The notes: generated by a model from the letters alone, not told the origin. A DNA stretch of 64,000 nt from Albugo candida (GCA_040437565.1 JBDOQK010000029.1:248001-312000), one strand, 5' to 3'; positions 26,395-41,100 are shown, counted from the stretch's first letter. A program made the numbers and translations.

Positions 26395-26952
26395 CGTCTA
26401 ACTGACTGTAGGCTCGTTAGGAAGCGACAAAGGCTTGAGCTGGCAAAATATGTCTGACGAGTTTTTATGTCGGGTAACGCTACAAAGTACTNNNNNNNNN
26501 NNNNNNNNNNNNNNNNNNNNNNNNNNNNNNNNNNNNNNNNNNNNNNNNNNNNNNNNNNNNNNNNNNNNNNNNNNNNNNNNNNNNNNNNNNNAATGAAACC
26601 AATGACCAATGAGGAAGAGTATGGAGGTAGAGAGCTTGAAGCGGATGCAAGCTGTTAATGAGACTAATTTGCGGTTAGAAACAGTAGTGTACCCACAATG
26701 GAGTGCTACGTAAACCGTAACCCTTTTTGCAAAGGACTGACGTGTCACGGTATTGAAATCAGGCTCTATGTGGAAAGTTTTCATCCGAAATCGAAGCGAT
26801 GTTGCTTACGTGCGTCGCGTGACTGGATTCTATAAATTACCTATCGCATGACGATTACTGCCAGATTTCTGCCGGAATAGAGCGTTGTAATCGGGATTGG
26901 TAAATAGTGTGTCAATGGTACATGAATCCGACACAAATTGCTTTTTTGTTAA

Positions 26953-27546
26953 ATGGCGGATGACAATGAGAAGTTGAGCTGTTTTTTTAATAAATCCAAG
27001 AAGAGTGCAAAGAAGACAGTCAAATCGAATGTGATCAACACAATTGGACAGAAGCAATTTAATTCTCCGGTAAAGGAGTCACATTGTGCTACTAATCACT
27101 CAATGTCGACTAATTTTTGCTAAATTCGGAGATCAGTTGAGCACAACTACTGCTAAATCAGGTACGTCATTGAAAACAGGCAAAAGTAGGACTTACTTGA
27201 AAGCGTCTTATAGAGAGCGATAAAAATGTGTGGTCCAAGCAGCAAAAAAAAACGAAAAATACACTATCTCAGGTTAGAAATGCCGATTTGGGGAATTTAT
27301 CAATGATTTCCAGTTGCTATGTATCAGAGTAAGATTCCACGTTCAGTAGAAGAATATGAACTGCAAACTCGAGGGAGTAAAAAGCTCAATCTGGAAAGTC
27401 AGAAAGCATTTCCAACGCTCGGAATCAGCGCGACAGCCGTCCAGCACGACTCGATGAGGATGATTCAGACCAAATCTGTTGCTACGAAAAATGTTTGGTC
27501 GGCATTAGGAAACGAGGATGAAGAAGATAATGATGAAGATAAATAA
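26953..27546 (+). CDS. Small multi-exon protein resembling the CDV3 family
   Basis: N-terminus MADDNEKLSCFFNKSKKSAKK and C-terminal LNLESQKAFPTL...KNVWSAL resemble remembered CDV3 motifs (LDNFFAKRDKKK, QFPSL, NQYAVL). The gene is likely; the family call is tentative. Confidence 0.5.
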
Positions 27547-27989
27547 ACCCATTTATTGCGTTATGATGCTATTGAATGGATCTCCTTCAAGCCATACTTG
27601 TCACAGATTTTACCAGCTGGACCACCATGTTCCGCTGACTATGGCTGGAACAGATAGCATGACACGATCTCACCTTTTCTAACGCAGATATATCGTGAAA
27701 ATGTGCTCGGTGAAATTATTGATAGGGCCAACAAGGGAATTTGGACACGATACACAACTTTTGTGTCGCAGATCCGCGGGTGATAGTCAAGAAAATAAGA
27801 GGTTGAACGCTCGCATTGTCAAGACTTTATATTGTAATTGCAACACGACATCGAAGTGGGAAATAGTGAGAGAATTCCACCGATTCAAGCCGTTACAATG
27901 GCCGAAGCGTGTATACACATGACCGTTCATCAAACATTTATATTAGATCAGTCGACGAAGCTATATATCTCCTCTATTATGTGTAAAAG

Positions 27990-29948
27990 TTAAAATGCTT
28001 TGCGATCACAAAAATGCTTTGGGGCTTTTGATGAGCTCGAAAGATTGGTCTTCAGCCGTTGGGAAACACCAGAAAACCACGACCGTATTCGTCGTCCTGG
28101 ACGTATATGCATCGATGAATCTACAAGTGAGTAACATTCCTGGCTGTATGCGTGATTTTCCTCCTCGTTGTTATCGATACATTGTGTCCGATAACGCTCT
28201 GGATGAATAGGTCCAAAGGCATGAGTTGAATGGTTCATTTCTGCGTCATCAATTGCTTCATCCAGGCCTTCATCTGGGCAGAGAAACCATCGCAAGCTGG
28301 GGTACGGGCCATCCAAATTAAACAAACTCGTGCGTCCACGAGTCCACGCAATTGACTCTCGCATGCAAGTTTCAGCAAATTCGTAAGCAATTTCAAAATT
28401 CTCCAATCTATGAGCCTCGATCGATGGCATGGATTCTCGTTCTGGTTCTTCCTCAGGACCTGACGAGATCTCGGCGTCCATAATCAAATCGCACAGACTC
28501 TTTCGTGTGGTGAGATTTGAGAGCTCAGACACATGCTTCCATGTAGCATTGTACATACTGAATCTGTATGAAGAAAGAAACTTCCAGCCGTGCTCTGCAA
28601 CAAAGTGGATTGCGTTCAGAATGTAATCGATCTCGGAATCATCCATGAAGTATGTCAAACTAAATCGAGTAAATCCAGGCTTGAAGGCACACAAGCCTTC
28701 CGTGAGAACCTGTAGAATCAATTCAGTATCCTTGGGGCTGATACCGAGCAACTTTGCAGCGTACGGACCAGCACATGCACACCCACCACGACTCTGTATC
28801 CCAAATAAATCATTGAGCAGTGCACAAACAAAGTTGTAGTGCAAGAATCTATTCCCAAATCGTATCAAGAATGAGAATATGGGCAATTGATCCAAGTCTT
28901 GATTCCCCATCAACACGATTCTCTTGTTTGCCTTCAATGACAAACGTACTCTCTGAACGTGCTCACGCTCTATGCGCATTATTTCTGCAGGTCCTGTCTG
29001 CTGCTTGAGGCGAAACGCAAGTCCGAGTCGAATACTTCCAATGATATCAGGTGTCCCTCCTTCTTCCCGGTCTTCATTGTTGTCTAAATACTTGTGATTG
29101 TTCGCCGTCACATACAAAACTGTTCCGCCACCAGGTTGACTCGTGGAGCAAGTCTTAGAAAATAGCTTTTTCTTGAGAACAAGAACACCCGGTGTACCCG
29201 GACCTCCAATGAATTTGTGCCCTGAGAAGTAAATGGCATCTTTATACACCAAATGCTTCTGGTCTCCCTCCACGACTGGATTCATATCGATCACGGTGTG
29301 AGGAGCAGCAGTGGCAAAGTCATAGATTGCCAATGCACCATATCGATGCAATAGCACACTTATCGCATCGGTGTCGGATAAAACGCCGGTGATATTGGAA
29401 GCGGCTGAAAAACATCCAACTTTCAAGACTGCTTTTGAGAACTCCTTTAGTTTTTTCTCCAAGTAGCAAAGATCGATCATTCCTTCATCGTTTTCAGGAA
29501 TGTTGACAACCTGAGCTCCACTTTCACGCCACGGAAGCATATTTGAATGATGCTCATAAGGACCGATAAAGACAACTGCATTCGACGATCCATATTTTGT
29601 AGTCAGTCCCAGGATGGATACTAATTTATTGATCGCAGATGTTGAGCCTGAGCCAGAAAAGAGGACGGAGTCTCCATTCGGCCCATCGATAAGCTTTGCG
29701 TTCACTGTATCCGCGATGATCTGTCGAGCTTCATGTCGAAAGGCCGTTATTTGATTCCCTGTCGCCGACGTTGTCGTGTGTGTGTTTCCATACAACGGAA
29801 GAACCTGTTTCTGTATATAGTCTTCAATCTTCTGAACTGCTCTCCCACTTGCCGTAAAGTCGGCGTAACACACGACCTTGCTTCCGAATGGTGACTCAAA
29901 GGTCTGAGTAGCACCGACGACATTTGCAGAAATGACATTCATCGGCAT
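27990..29948 (-). CDS. Class-V PLP-dependent aminotransferase / cysteine-desulfurase-like protein
   Basis: YADFTASG, GNTHT, EHHSN, FSGHKFIGGPG (PLP Lys), EEGGTP and SRGGCACAGPY in a 652-aa intronless ORF. Confidence 0.92.
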   Translation of the reverse strand: MPMNVISANVVGATQTFESPFGSKVVCYADFTASGRAVQKIEDYIQKQVLPLYGNTHTTTSATGNQITAFRHEARQIIADTVNAKLIDGPNGDSVLFSGSGSTSAINKLVSILGLTTKYGSSNAVVFIGPYEHHSNMLPWRESGAQVVNIPENDEGMIDLCYLEKKLKEFSKAVLKVGCFSAASNITGVLSDTDAISVLLHRYGALAIYDFATAAPHTVIDMNPVVEGDQKHLVYKDAIYFSGHKFIGGPGTPGVLVLKKKLFSKTCSTSQPGGGTVLYVTANNHKYLDNNEDREEGGTPDIIGSIRLGLAFRLKQQTGPAEIMRIEREHVQRVRLSLKANKRIVLMGNQDLDQLPIFSFLIRFGNRFLHYNFVCALLNDLFGIQSRGGCACAGPYAAKLLGISPKDTELILQVLTEGLCAFKPGFTRFSLTYFMDDSEIDYILNAIHFVAEHGWKFLSSYRFSMYNATWKHVSELSNLTTRKSLCDLIMDAEISSGPEEEPERESMPSIEAHRLENFEIAYEFAETCMRESIAWTRGRTSLFNLDGPYPSLRWFLCPDEGLDEAIDDAEMNHSTHAFGPIHPERYRTQCIDNNEEENHAYSQECYSLVDSSMHIRPGRRIRSWFSGVSQRLKTNLSSSSKAPKHFCDRKAF

Positions 29949-30192
29949 TGGAGAGATACCGAAGTTTCGCTGATGTGTTCGTAAAGAACTGCTTGCCCGC
30001 TGAAATGACTTTTGATTGCACGAGGGACTTGTAATTTTTTAATGACAGAGGAAGAAGCGTAGTAGGATTTCCATGCATAAGATCACCTGGAANNNNNNNN
30101 NNNNNNNNNNNNNNNNNNNNNNNNNNNNNNNNNNNNNNNNNNNNNNNNNNNNNNNNNNNNNNNNNNNNNNNNNNNNNNNNNNNNNNNNNNNN

Positions 30193-30431
30193 CTCGTGCC
30201 GTGAAATTGACCAATATCTACGCAGTCGATCCAAAAGTGACTGTGGTGGCCGTGAATTCCAATTACAATGATAAAGCTACGCTTACTAATGTCAAAATCG
30301 ATAAGGCGTCCAAGAACAAACCAGTGTGTGAATACACGAAAGGAAGCACCAATGCAGAACCAAGTGTGCTGGGGAAGGGTCCGTCTGGCTCTGTGTGCAA
30401 CTACAAGACAAGCACCGTCACATATGTCTAA
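30193..30431 (+). CDS. Pectate lyase (PL3), 3' part of copy A (5' part lost in gap)
   Basis: RAVKLTNIY...VAVNSNYNDKATL...CNYKTSTVTYV*, identical to the minus-strand copy but with a TAA stop and a different 3' flank. Confidence 0.85.
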
Positions 30432-30874
30432 GGATAGACACCTTTATGAGCGTGTGTTGTTATAGTGAGAAAATTTGTCCTTTGTAATAAAAAGTTGGTG
30501 TTTCCCAATTCCTGTAAAGAACCAACAAGTATAAGCGCAACAGGAAGTGAGGTATGAACGCAACAAAAATGATTTATTTAGTATATTAGAATTCATATGG
30601 CAAAATCCAGTGACGGGGTTCAGTGTGCATCATGGATCATAGATAAAGATGTCGGAAAAGTCACCAATTGTACAAAAACAACTCGATACCCTGCACAAGC
30701 CAAGTCACCCTCTGCTCCTATACTGTAACATCCATTGAGAAACGATCTGTGTACGTGGCTCTGAGCATATGATAACTGACAGCTCACCTGACGTGTACAC
30801 ACCCAAAGTCGTGTTACATTTGATTTTGAGCGTATTTGGCGATTAGAGCGATCAATAAACTCATCAGAAAATCA

Positions 30875-31159
30875 ATGCACCGCTTCATCGTATACTTCGT
30901 TGCTGCCGCTTTGTGTAGCCAAAGTGTGAAATCTGGCTTTGTGGAATTGTTCGATTTGAAAGAATGTGAAGGGAAGGAGTGCTGCGACTTCTGTGGTAAA
31001 TCGATCGCGAGCAACACAATGGCCCAGTACAAGAATATTTATATCGTTTGTCGGCAAGGGATGAAAAATGCCACGTGCCTTCTAAAGCCAACGCATCGAA
31101 TAAACCGTGATGGAGCAACAAACATTCCTTGTTCTCTGGGTACGCTACAAATGATATGA
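30875..31159 (+). CDS. Small secreted cysteine-rich protein (94 aa), candidate effector
   Basis: MHRFIVYFVAAALCSQSVKS looks like a signal peptide. Seven further Cys follow, including CEGKECCDFC. Confidence 0.65.
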   Translation: MHRFIVYFVAAALCSQSVKSGFVELFDLKECEGKECCDFCGKSIASNTMAQYKNIYIVCRQGMKNATCLLKPTHRINRDGATNIPCSLGTLQMI

Positions 31160-31553
31160 CCGGCGTGCATCAATGTAATTTGTATGTGATTAGAGTCCTT
31201 GCAGAAGGTTGTGGATGCACAAACAAAAGATAGTGAACCGAAAGCATCATTTTCCGATCTCACGAAACCATGAAGCTACATAATATAATTGATTTGATAG
31301 AGAAATTTGGGGTACTTAATTTGAAATGTAATCTGACTTACCGTTAGTAGCACCTCTTTTGAGATGATTGTGAGCTAGCCAACACGATCTCCCGGATCAC
31401 GTATCATGCAAAAATATTCGAATTTCCAGAAGTTTCACCAATTTAAGTGCGTGTTAGGAGATCAAGGACGATTGAACAGACAGAAACATTGATATTTTTC
31501 ATTACACATTCAACATTTGATTGATGCAATCGCATTCGTTTTACATGGAGGGT

Positions 31554-32673
31554 TCAGACATATGTGACGGTGCTTGTCTTGTAGTTGCACACAGAGCCAG
31601 ACGGACCCTTCCCCAGCACACTTGGTTCTGCATTGGTGCTTCCTTTCGTGTATTCACACACTGGTTTGTTCTTGGACGCCTTATCGATTTTGACATTAGT
31701 AAGCGTAGCTTTATCATTGTAATTGGAATTCACGGCCACCACAGTCACTTTTGGATCGACTGCGTAGATATTGGTCAATTTCACGGCACGAGNNNNNNNN
31801 NNNNNNNNNNNNNNNNNNNNNNNNNNNNNNNNNNNNNNNNNNNNNNNNNNNNNNNNNNNNNNNNNNNNNNNNNNNNNNNNNNNNNNNNNNNNAGACATAT
31901 GTGACGGTGCTTGTCTTGTAGTTGCACACAGAGCCAGACGGACCCTTCCCCAGCACACTTGGTTCTGCATTGGTGCTTCCTTTCGTGTATTCACACACTG
32001 GTTTGTTCTTGGACGCCTTATCGATTTTGACATTAGTAAGCGTAGCTTTATCATTGTAATTGGAATTCACGGCCACCACAGTCACTTTTGGATCGACTGC
32101 GTAGATATTGGTCAATTTCACGGCACGAGGATACTGCGTTTTGCATTTGCCGCAGGATCGATATAATTTTCCAAAATCTTCGGCATAAAAGCCTTCAATG
32201 TTGACGGTACCAGGACCATTATGCTGAATGATCTTGTCATTGGCCAACTTCGCCCCACCACCGATGACATTACTGACGCTGTTAGCCGAGCCGCCAATGA
32301 TCGACAAGGCATCTTCACATACATCAGCCCACCAAACGTTCTTAATGGTGCAGTCATGTTCCTCGCAATGCACGCCATCTTGTTGTCGAGGACCGACAAT
32401 GACGTTCTGGAGGGTAGCTCCAGCTTTCAATATAAACAGAGCGCCAGATTTACCGCCTTCTTGGTTTTCCTTGCAGGAGATATCCGATCGCTCATACGTT
32501 TTCATTCCTCCATCGAATACAGTCTTTGCTGGAATGACCTTGGGTGCGGGATACTTGACATTTCCTTGGCTTTTTGGCCAATTTCCTGTGGGCATTGGAG
32601 CAACAGCATCGGTCGTGCACTGATTTGCAAGACACACAGCTATTCCGATTGTACGAAGTTGTTTCATCAGCAT
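31554..32673 (-). CDS. Secreted pectate lyase (PL3), copy B (last 236 bp repeated across a gap)
   Basis: Signal-like N-terminus, then FDGGMKTYER, GATLQNVIVG, DGVHC, NVWWADVCEDA, DKIIQHNG and FGKLYRSCGKC. Stop TGA at 31554-31556. Confidence 0.95.
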
Positions 32674-33100
32674 CCTGAATCTCGATACGAATTTCAATAA
32701 TGTGAATGCTATCCAAACTTTGCAACAGCTTCCATAGAGGCAGCCACCATGTCTTCCGACACAGTTCACCTCAATAACGTCCAAATTCAGTCGCAATGAC
32801 CAAAACTGCTCTCTATGAAGAGCAACTGTATCGGATGCGACCAATTGAACGGACAAATTGGTCAGTGAGGAATTGAGAAGTATGACTCGAGTAGTCAGCA
32901 TTGAGGTTCGCGATAGAGTTCATTTTATGTGCTCAATAGAAAAATCGATCGAGTAGCTGTAACTTGCAAGAATGTTAGAGCGTAACGTGTGTGTCCGTGT
33001 ATCTGATTCTTCAGGCGTTTCTTGAGGGAAAAATGGCTTGAATTTGTTAGAGATGGCAGCGAGTTAAGGAGATGCACTGTTAGTGCAACGTGTATTGGAC

Positions 33101-34055
<955 letters not shown>

Positions 34056-34358
34056 NNNNNNNNNNNNNNNNNNNNNNNNNNNNNNNNNNNNNNNNNNNNN
34101 NNNNNNNNNNNNNNNNNNNNNNNNNNNNNNNNNNNNNNNNNNNNNNNNNNNNNNNTTTTATTCTAGCAAATGCGACTTCCACTAAGTTAAACCGAAACTA
34201 TTCTCAATGATGCCTTGTTGTAGAATCCCACAGTCTCTGCTGTAAGATCTACCGCTATATCCCAACCTGCCCAATCCTGAATTTGGTATTACCATATCGT
34301 CTCTATCTGAGTAAGTACTCAAGGATTGTGCTATTTCAAACCACATGACGCTCAAAAA

Positions 34359-37300
34359 TCACGTTTTCCCGGCTCGGTATGTTCCAGCCGGTGGCTTGTA
34401 GCAGTCTGGAAGCATTTTTCGCTGCATCTCATTGAACGCGTACTTTGTAGAGTGAGTATTCAAAAACACATTTCTCCTTCGTACACCATGTGAGCGCATT
34501 TGCGCGCAAAGTGACTTCATATCAACAAAATCCCACTTTTCCTGACAAATTTGTGCTTGTTCCATTGTCACTGACATTGCGGTACGATCCTTTCCACTCT
34601 TGCAACAAATGACACGAGCAGCTCCAATTTTTCGACAAAATTCTGCAGAAAACGTCAAAATTTCTGGCGTTTTCTTGAACTGATTCGCCGATTGCCGTAT
34701 ACAATTTTTGAGAGTAGTCAGTAAACCATCTAGTCTTTCAAAATCACAGCCAAACACTTCGTCTTTTGTGAGTGATTTTTGATTGCCTTGTGATCGATGA
34801 GGTTTACGCCTTTCACTCACAATCGACGTATACATCGTTTTGTATATCCGTTGGAGCTCAATCAAGTTTTCTTGGTTTATTTTATCTTGTATTTTGATCG
34901 TACTTGCCTTCAACGCGTTCATAAACGACTGTTTCTCATTAATTCCTTGTGTGAATAAAACACATTCCAACCGAAACGGATTTCCATTACGTAATGTGCC
35001 GGGCAGAACCGCGAGATACCGCGAGGACACACCCACAGACACCAGCAGACCACCTGGAATGTGTTCCGACTGTGACTGATGGCCTCGAAGACGTGTGGAT
35101 GTCGCAGTAAGCGGTCGAATTAGAATATGATTTCTATCGCCACTCGATTTACGGAACTGAATGCTAACGGTACGAAGCCACTTGACACCAATGCCGAAAT
35201 CCTCCAACATGCCAAGTTCTTTCCCATTTGTACTGAGAAGCGACTCAAATTGAATGAGAAAAGCAGTCCGAGACGCATGAACGAATTGCTTGCGATGATA
35301 TGTGCTTCCTTGAGCGGCAAGATCCAAAGAAGCAAACACACAAGCTATTCCGGCCGATAAAATCTGACTGGCAATCACATCCAGTCGATCCTGCATCTCC
35401 AGCCGCTGCTTTAGCTTCCCAAGCGATACTTCCATCGTATCCGGTCCAACCAGGAACGGATACTTTGTCGGAGGAGCGCTATTTCGCCCTTGACAATGTC
35501 GATTTTTCACGTCGATACAGCGATTTCGCCATCGGTCCAGTTTCGCGGATGCGGATCGATGCAATAGAGTTTGCTGTTCCGAGCCAAATGAACGCCACTC
35601 TTCGAGCCAACAGGCTTGTGTATTGAATCCTTTTGTATGTGCTGCTGGACAGCCCATTGTTAATGTGTGTGACATCATGCACGCGATGGAAATGGACTGA
35701 TTCTTTTTATAGGCGCATTCACTGAGAACCATAAATTGATTCTGCATATTGGTGGCGACATATTGCCATTCTTCCAGGTTTCGAAATGTGCTTCTTTTAA
35801 ATGGAGGATCGAGTGGTTCCAGAGCGGGTTTATTGGAATCAGGTTGGAGTCGGGCTAAATTCGAACATACATGACCAGTGCTTTGTTCCGATAAGAGATC
35901 GTTTTCCTTCTTCAGTAAGAATTGCCGGTGCTTGACGTATTCGTTCTGTTTTTGCTGATGAAAATTTAGCTCAAATTCCTCATTCGACCGGCACATTGCG
36001 TCATCAGGTAAGAGGAGCATACGTTCGCGAAGAGCTTGTATTCGACTCAAGGCCTTGGACTCGAGATAATCCAAGAACGCGATGGGCACCGTGAATGTTT
36101 CTTGTGGTATTCGTAGAATTTCATGGAGGGAAAATGGAGGCTTCCCAAAGCAATCGTTTGTGATCTGAGGGGTGTTAGAAAGTTCTTTTTCATAATTGGA
36201 AATCTCGCTGTGATATTTCGCGTTGGCCATATCGATTCCGGATGTGGAAAGCAATTTTTGTGAGACTTGGGATGGTGATAGATGCATCAGCAAACGCATC
36301 GCATGTTGGTTTGTTTCTGCAGCTTCATAAAAGTGATTGTGGGTGAGACGGAGGTCCTTACTAAACGGGTCAATCTCTTCAAGTAGATCGGTTTTTTGTA
36401 GAGAAATAGAGACCGAAGTGCGTGAGGTACAAGCTTCAGTTACACTGTAGTGTCCGATACCAACGCAGTGATGACCGCGCTGGGACGTGAGTCGAAACAA
36501 GGCGAGCTGAAGGTGTTGGTACCGGCCCAACGAAATGGATAGTACGATTGAGAAGCTCGGATGGATGTCGTCAGGAATCGGATTAAGGTCAGACGAATGG
36601 AATGTTCGGCTTGACTGCATGATTCTAGTGCATCCAATCTCTTCCAGTGTCCGTGTTTTCTTGGTATAGCCGTATAGGCGTATAAAAAAGTCCATTTTTG
36701 GCTCTTTCACAGAGTGATATTGGGGCCCAAGAAAAAGTTGAAAGCTAAAATCAGTGCAATTTTGTTTTCGATGTGACCCTGATGAAACTTTGCGCTTACT
36801 GGACGAAATTGGATGGTCACTACCGTCCATAGAAGTGGTCTCAATAGAGGATTCTGTGCCGTCATGACCGCCATCGTCTTCAGAGACTACCGACTCAACC
36901 CGAGCGTGCTGGCGAGACCTTGTGAACTTTTTACTCCCCTTGAATGCATTGCTATTGTCGAATCGCTTGCAACGGTCTGAAAATCCTCTTTGAGATTGGA
37001 AATATCCTTCGCGAAGTGAATCCACAAATGCTTCAATCAATTTTACCCAATTATCCAAGCTCTGCGAGGATTTTGCCTGTAAATGTAAATTTTGCGATTC
37101 TCCACGCACTTGAAACGAATACTTTCCAGACTCAGGAGGCGATCGTTGTAGCACGATTGTATCTTTTGTGATTCGAACGTGACCGAGTAAATGCAGTTTA
37201 CCTTGCGATTTGTAGTAACATAAGCTCGGATAATCCTGTCGTAGCATGAAAAATCGCTGGCATACATATCAGTTAAGGCAACTGGACAAACTGAAATACT

Positions 37301-37864
37301 ACTCACAGATTTCCAGTTACGTCTCCAGGAACCTTGTTTGAGTAGGTAGCCGAATCGTAGAACGTGATCTTTGCTGAATGAAAGCGGCACGTTATTTGAT
37401 ATTTGTGAGCGATTTGGACCCAATGTGCACAGCAGACGTTGCGCGTCGTAAATGGCTGAAGTTCGAAGTTCTGATTTGTATTTGCCTCTACGCTTCACGA
37501 CACTAGATACCCGTGACTGCTTCCTCGTTTCCAGTATGTCATCATCCTGATTACTGTGAAAAACACCTGACGACGATATAGAGACTGGAACCTGTGAAAA
37601 GCCATAAGTACGCATTAACAACTCGTGGAAATTATATACCGGAGATAGCAGATCTCTCGATCGCATTGCTTCTGATACAAGTGCAGGTGGCCGTGATTCG
37701 ACACTATAAATTACTTTCTCTGATGGTCCCGGTGAAGCTAAATCTTCTTCAATGTTTTGCTGATAGGTTCGATACCTTGGGCCAATGGACTGTTCGTACA
37801 TAATTCTCGAATTTATTCGCGTGGTATTTTCCTCATTTAGTGCATTGACTGTTGATGAGAGCAT
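34359..37864 (-). CDS. PH + C2-like + type I/II inositol polyphosphate 4-phosphatase (INPP4-like)
   Basis: PH domain GYLLKQGSWRRNWK|RFFML...LDNWVKLI, then FESLLSTNGKELGMLED, LFTQGINEKQS and the catalytic CX5R motif CKSGKDRT. One intron near 37257-37306. Confidence 0.92.
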
Positions 37865-38123
37865 ATCGAGAAAGAATGGAACAAAACTATATTTATAGTT
37901 TGCAGAATGCGTTGTATTATAGACTGAGATTGTGATCCTTCGGAGAAAACTTTCTCATGTGACATACAACGTGGCAACCCCAGCCCCAACCCAAGACACA
38001 TGACTTTGCAGAACGCACATTGCGGCGCGAACGAGCATGACACAAAGGTAGAGAGAACGAAAGGTGACAGGGAACGATTATGTGCATGGCTACAGATCCT
38101 CTAACTTTATAGTACATAAAACT

Positions 38124-41100
38124 TCATAATACGAAATAGGTGCGAACCTTTTTTGTGTAACCCGGCATTGAGAACAAAGTGTGGTATTCTACTTTGTACC
38201 CATGCCACGGTGTTTCTTTGTTCATTTGTGCCCATGTACTTTCGCTAATGTGTATTCTTCCCGGCATGCCCGAGCTCTCCAGTTGATGCGCGATAGATAC
38301 GGTCTCTCCAAACAAATGATATCGCGGATCCTTGATTCCTACGACACCAGCCAAAACGGGACCAGAGTGTATACCAATACGTATATCAAGGTCCGGATTG
38401 CCACAATTTCGGCGTAAAATGGGCAGCGTGGCGAACATATCTGTCGCTGCTGTCACGACTGCTAACGCGTTGTTTGTGGAAACTACCGGGCAGCCTCCGA
38501 CCACGAAATATGCGTCACCAATGATCTCGACTTTGTACAAGTTTTCTTTCTCCGCGATTGTATCGAATCGAGTATACATATCATTCAAAAATTGTACCAG
38601 CTCCATGGCTGTTACTTTGGAAGAATACGCCGTAAAATTCACCATGTCCGTGAATAATACCGTAGTCTGATCGAAAAAATCCGCGATCGTAGCTTCTGGA
38701 TCTTCCTTCAATTTTTCCACAATGGTTTCTGGTAATAAATTTGACAGTAGTTTTTTGGTCCGAGCTTTTTCCTCAATCAGTTTTTGCTTCTGTGCGTTCA
38801 ACGTCATCTCTCGGTAATAATTGATGCGTTGTTTGAATTCTGAATTAAAAACCGCCCATGCTTGTGCCGCAAAAAATATAAAGATGTATAGCGCATTTCG
38901 ACCCACACCATACGGTGATGAAGGAGCGGAAACTGAATTGAGAAAATGATCATTTGGAACCATGACCAATAAGGTGAACAGGTACAAAACCACTGTAAAA
39001 CAACCCGTACAAACCCGTAAGAGAAAAGATAGGTTCGCAAAATAACACTGGTACAGCGCAATGATGCTGAGGTATGCGTATCCATGTGAATGCGTCAGCA
39101 CGCTCTCTCCGTTCATCATAACCACGACAACAATGAGCAAAATCATGATACTGAGCTGTTCCCATTCGCGAAAGCTGGTGGAAAATGTAAATAAAAGAAA
39201 CGCGACACAAAACGGGTACAAAACACACAGATTGATGGCAGATACCAATTGAGCATGGATGAACAAACGATTTTTGTATAATCGCAAAACCTGGGAGAAT
39301 GTAATCAACGGTTTACAGAGAATAAATATCAATATCGAAATCCGCAAGAAACGTAACCATCGCGCCCGATTCTCGAAATGATAACTTTCCTCAAATTCGA
39401 AAGCTTCTTGAGTCAATTCCTTTTGTCGTTTTTTTGACTTCACTGCGGGTACACGATGCGCACTGGATGAATGGATACGAAAGAAAACCTCTCGTCGTGT
39501 TAAACCTTTTGGTAATCGCATTATTTCACTCGAGATACTCAACGCATTGCCTTTTTCCTCTCCAATCAAATAACTCTGAGTGTCTTGCACGAGATTAAAT
39601 ATATCAGCTTTCATCAACGTATTCAGGTCCACATTGGTGTTTTCAGGCTGGGGTGCAACAGAAGTAGCATCTTTGAATCGTTTCACGGTTCCTCTACGTT
39701 CTACTACCGGCTCCATATTTGTAATTGGGGTATTCAGAGCTTCCTCAGAACCCCTACTGAGGCGACGCACAACCGGAGTCGGTGTGGTGAGGGAACGTGT
39801 CGAGTTTGTTCGTATGAGTGCTTCCGCTTCTCGATTTTCCTCAAATGGCGTTGCAGCAATAGTTGAGGCCACAACTTCCATCAGACTGGCTGCCTGACGA
39901 GCGACCGCGGCTTGTGTGCTTGAAATCACTTCGGAAGTGCTCCCATGCGATCCACCCAACGCCACAATATCCTGAACTTTGCGGAAAGTTGAATTTGATA
40001 AAATCTTCTTTCGCATTGCCATTTGTTCTGTTCGTCGGAATAAGACTCTCTCATTCGAGTCTTGCAACTTTTGTCGAGCAGACTCAATTAGTGTGGACGT
40101 CGGTAAACTCAATTCAGAGTCTTTCGACACAAATTCCTCTTTCGATTCCCTCAAAGTCGTATGCAAAGGATCGACAAGTGATTTGCGTCGGCTTCGTGAC
40201 GATCGAGTCTCTTTCGTGATCACTGGGTGCGGTAATGCTATAGGGAGTCCAGAGGCTATACTACTTTCTGTAATGGCATTTGGAATCATTTCGGTCGCTT
40301 TTCCAATCAGAAAAAATGTGCTCATTTCGCCTCGACCTTTGATGGAAACTTTTCCTCGAAGCAAAACTTTGTACTCATTACTGAAAAGACGATGAGTGGC
40401 TTCTGAGATTTGAATTTGTCCTGGAAGATTTGTTGTCTCCATCCTTGATGCCACATTGACAGTATCGCCAAACAACTTGAAGCGAGGATTGCGAATGCCA
40501 ACAACTCCAGCCATCAACGCGCCCGAATTGATTCCGATTCTAATTTGAAGATCCTCGACCAAATTCCCCCACGAGTTCTTGACCAGTTGACTACGAAGTT
40601 CCGGCAAACATCGAAGCATGTGAATCGCTAAATCAGCGATTTTATGAGCGTGATCAGGATCGGGATCCGGGCAGCCACCTACGACCATGTAAACGGACCC
40701 AATTGTCTCCACTTTATGGACTTGATGGACATCCACCAGCGAATCAAATTTGGAAAACACAATATTGAGCAACTCCACTACGTGCTGAGGCTTCAGTTTT
40801 GATGAGATGTAATCAAATTCACAGACTTCACAAAATAAAACTGAAGTCTTGAGGTACGCGTCGGCGATCAGCTCTCGACCAAATTGGAGCTGGGCTACAA
40901 TCGACTCTGGTAGCATACTATTCAAGAGCGATTTGGATCGAGTTTCTTCCACTCGAAGTTGTTCTTGTTGAAGTAACACCATAAGCTCACTCATATAAGA
41001 TACTCGAATGGCGAATTCGCGCTGTTGGGATGGAAGAATGATGATGAAGAAGAAGAGAGCAGCATACATCGTATCATTCGATACTTTGACCCAATTCGCT

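Noticed and set aside
26592-26895. Possible small multi-intron gene fragment after the gap
   Set aside because: GT-AG pairs can be drawn, but the product is short, gap-truncated and unrecognisable.
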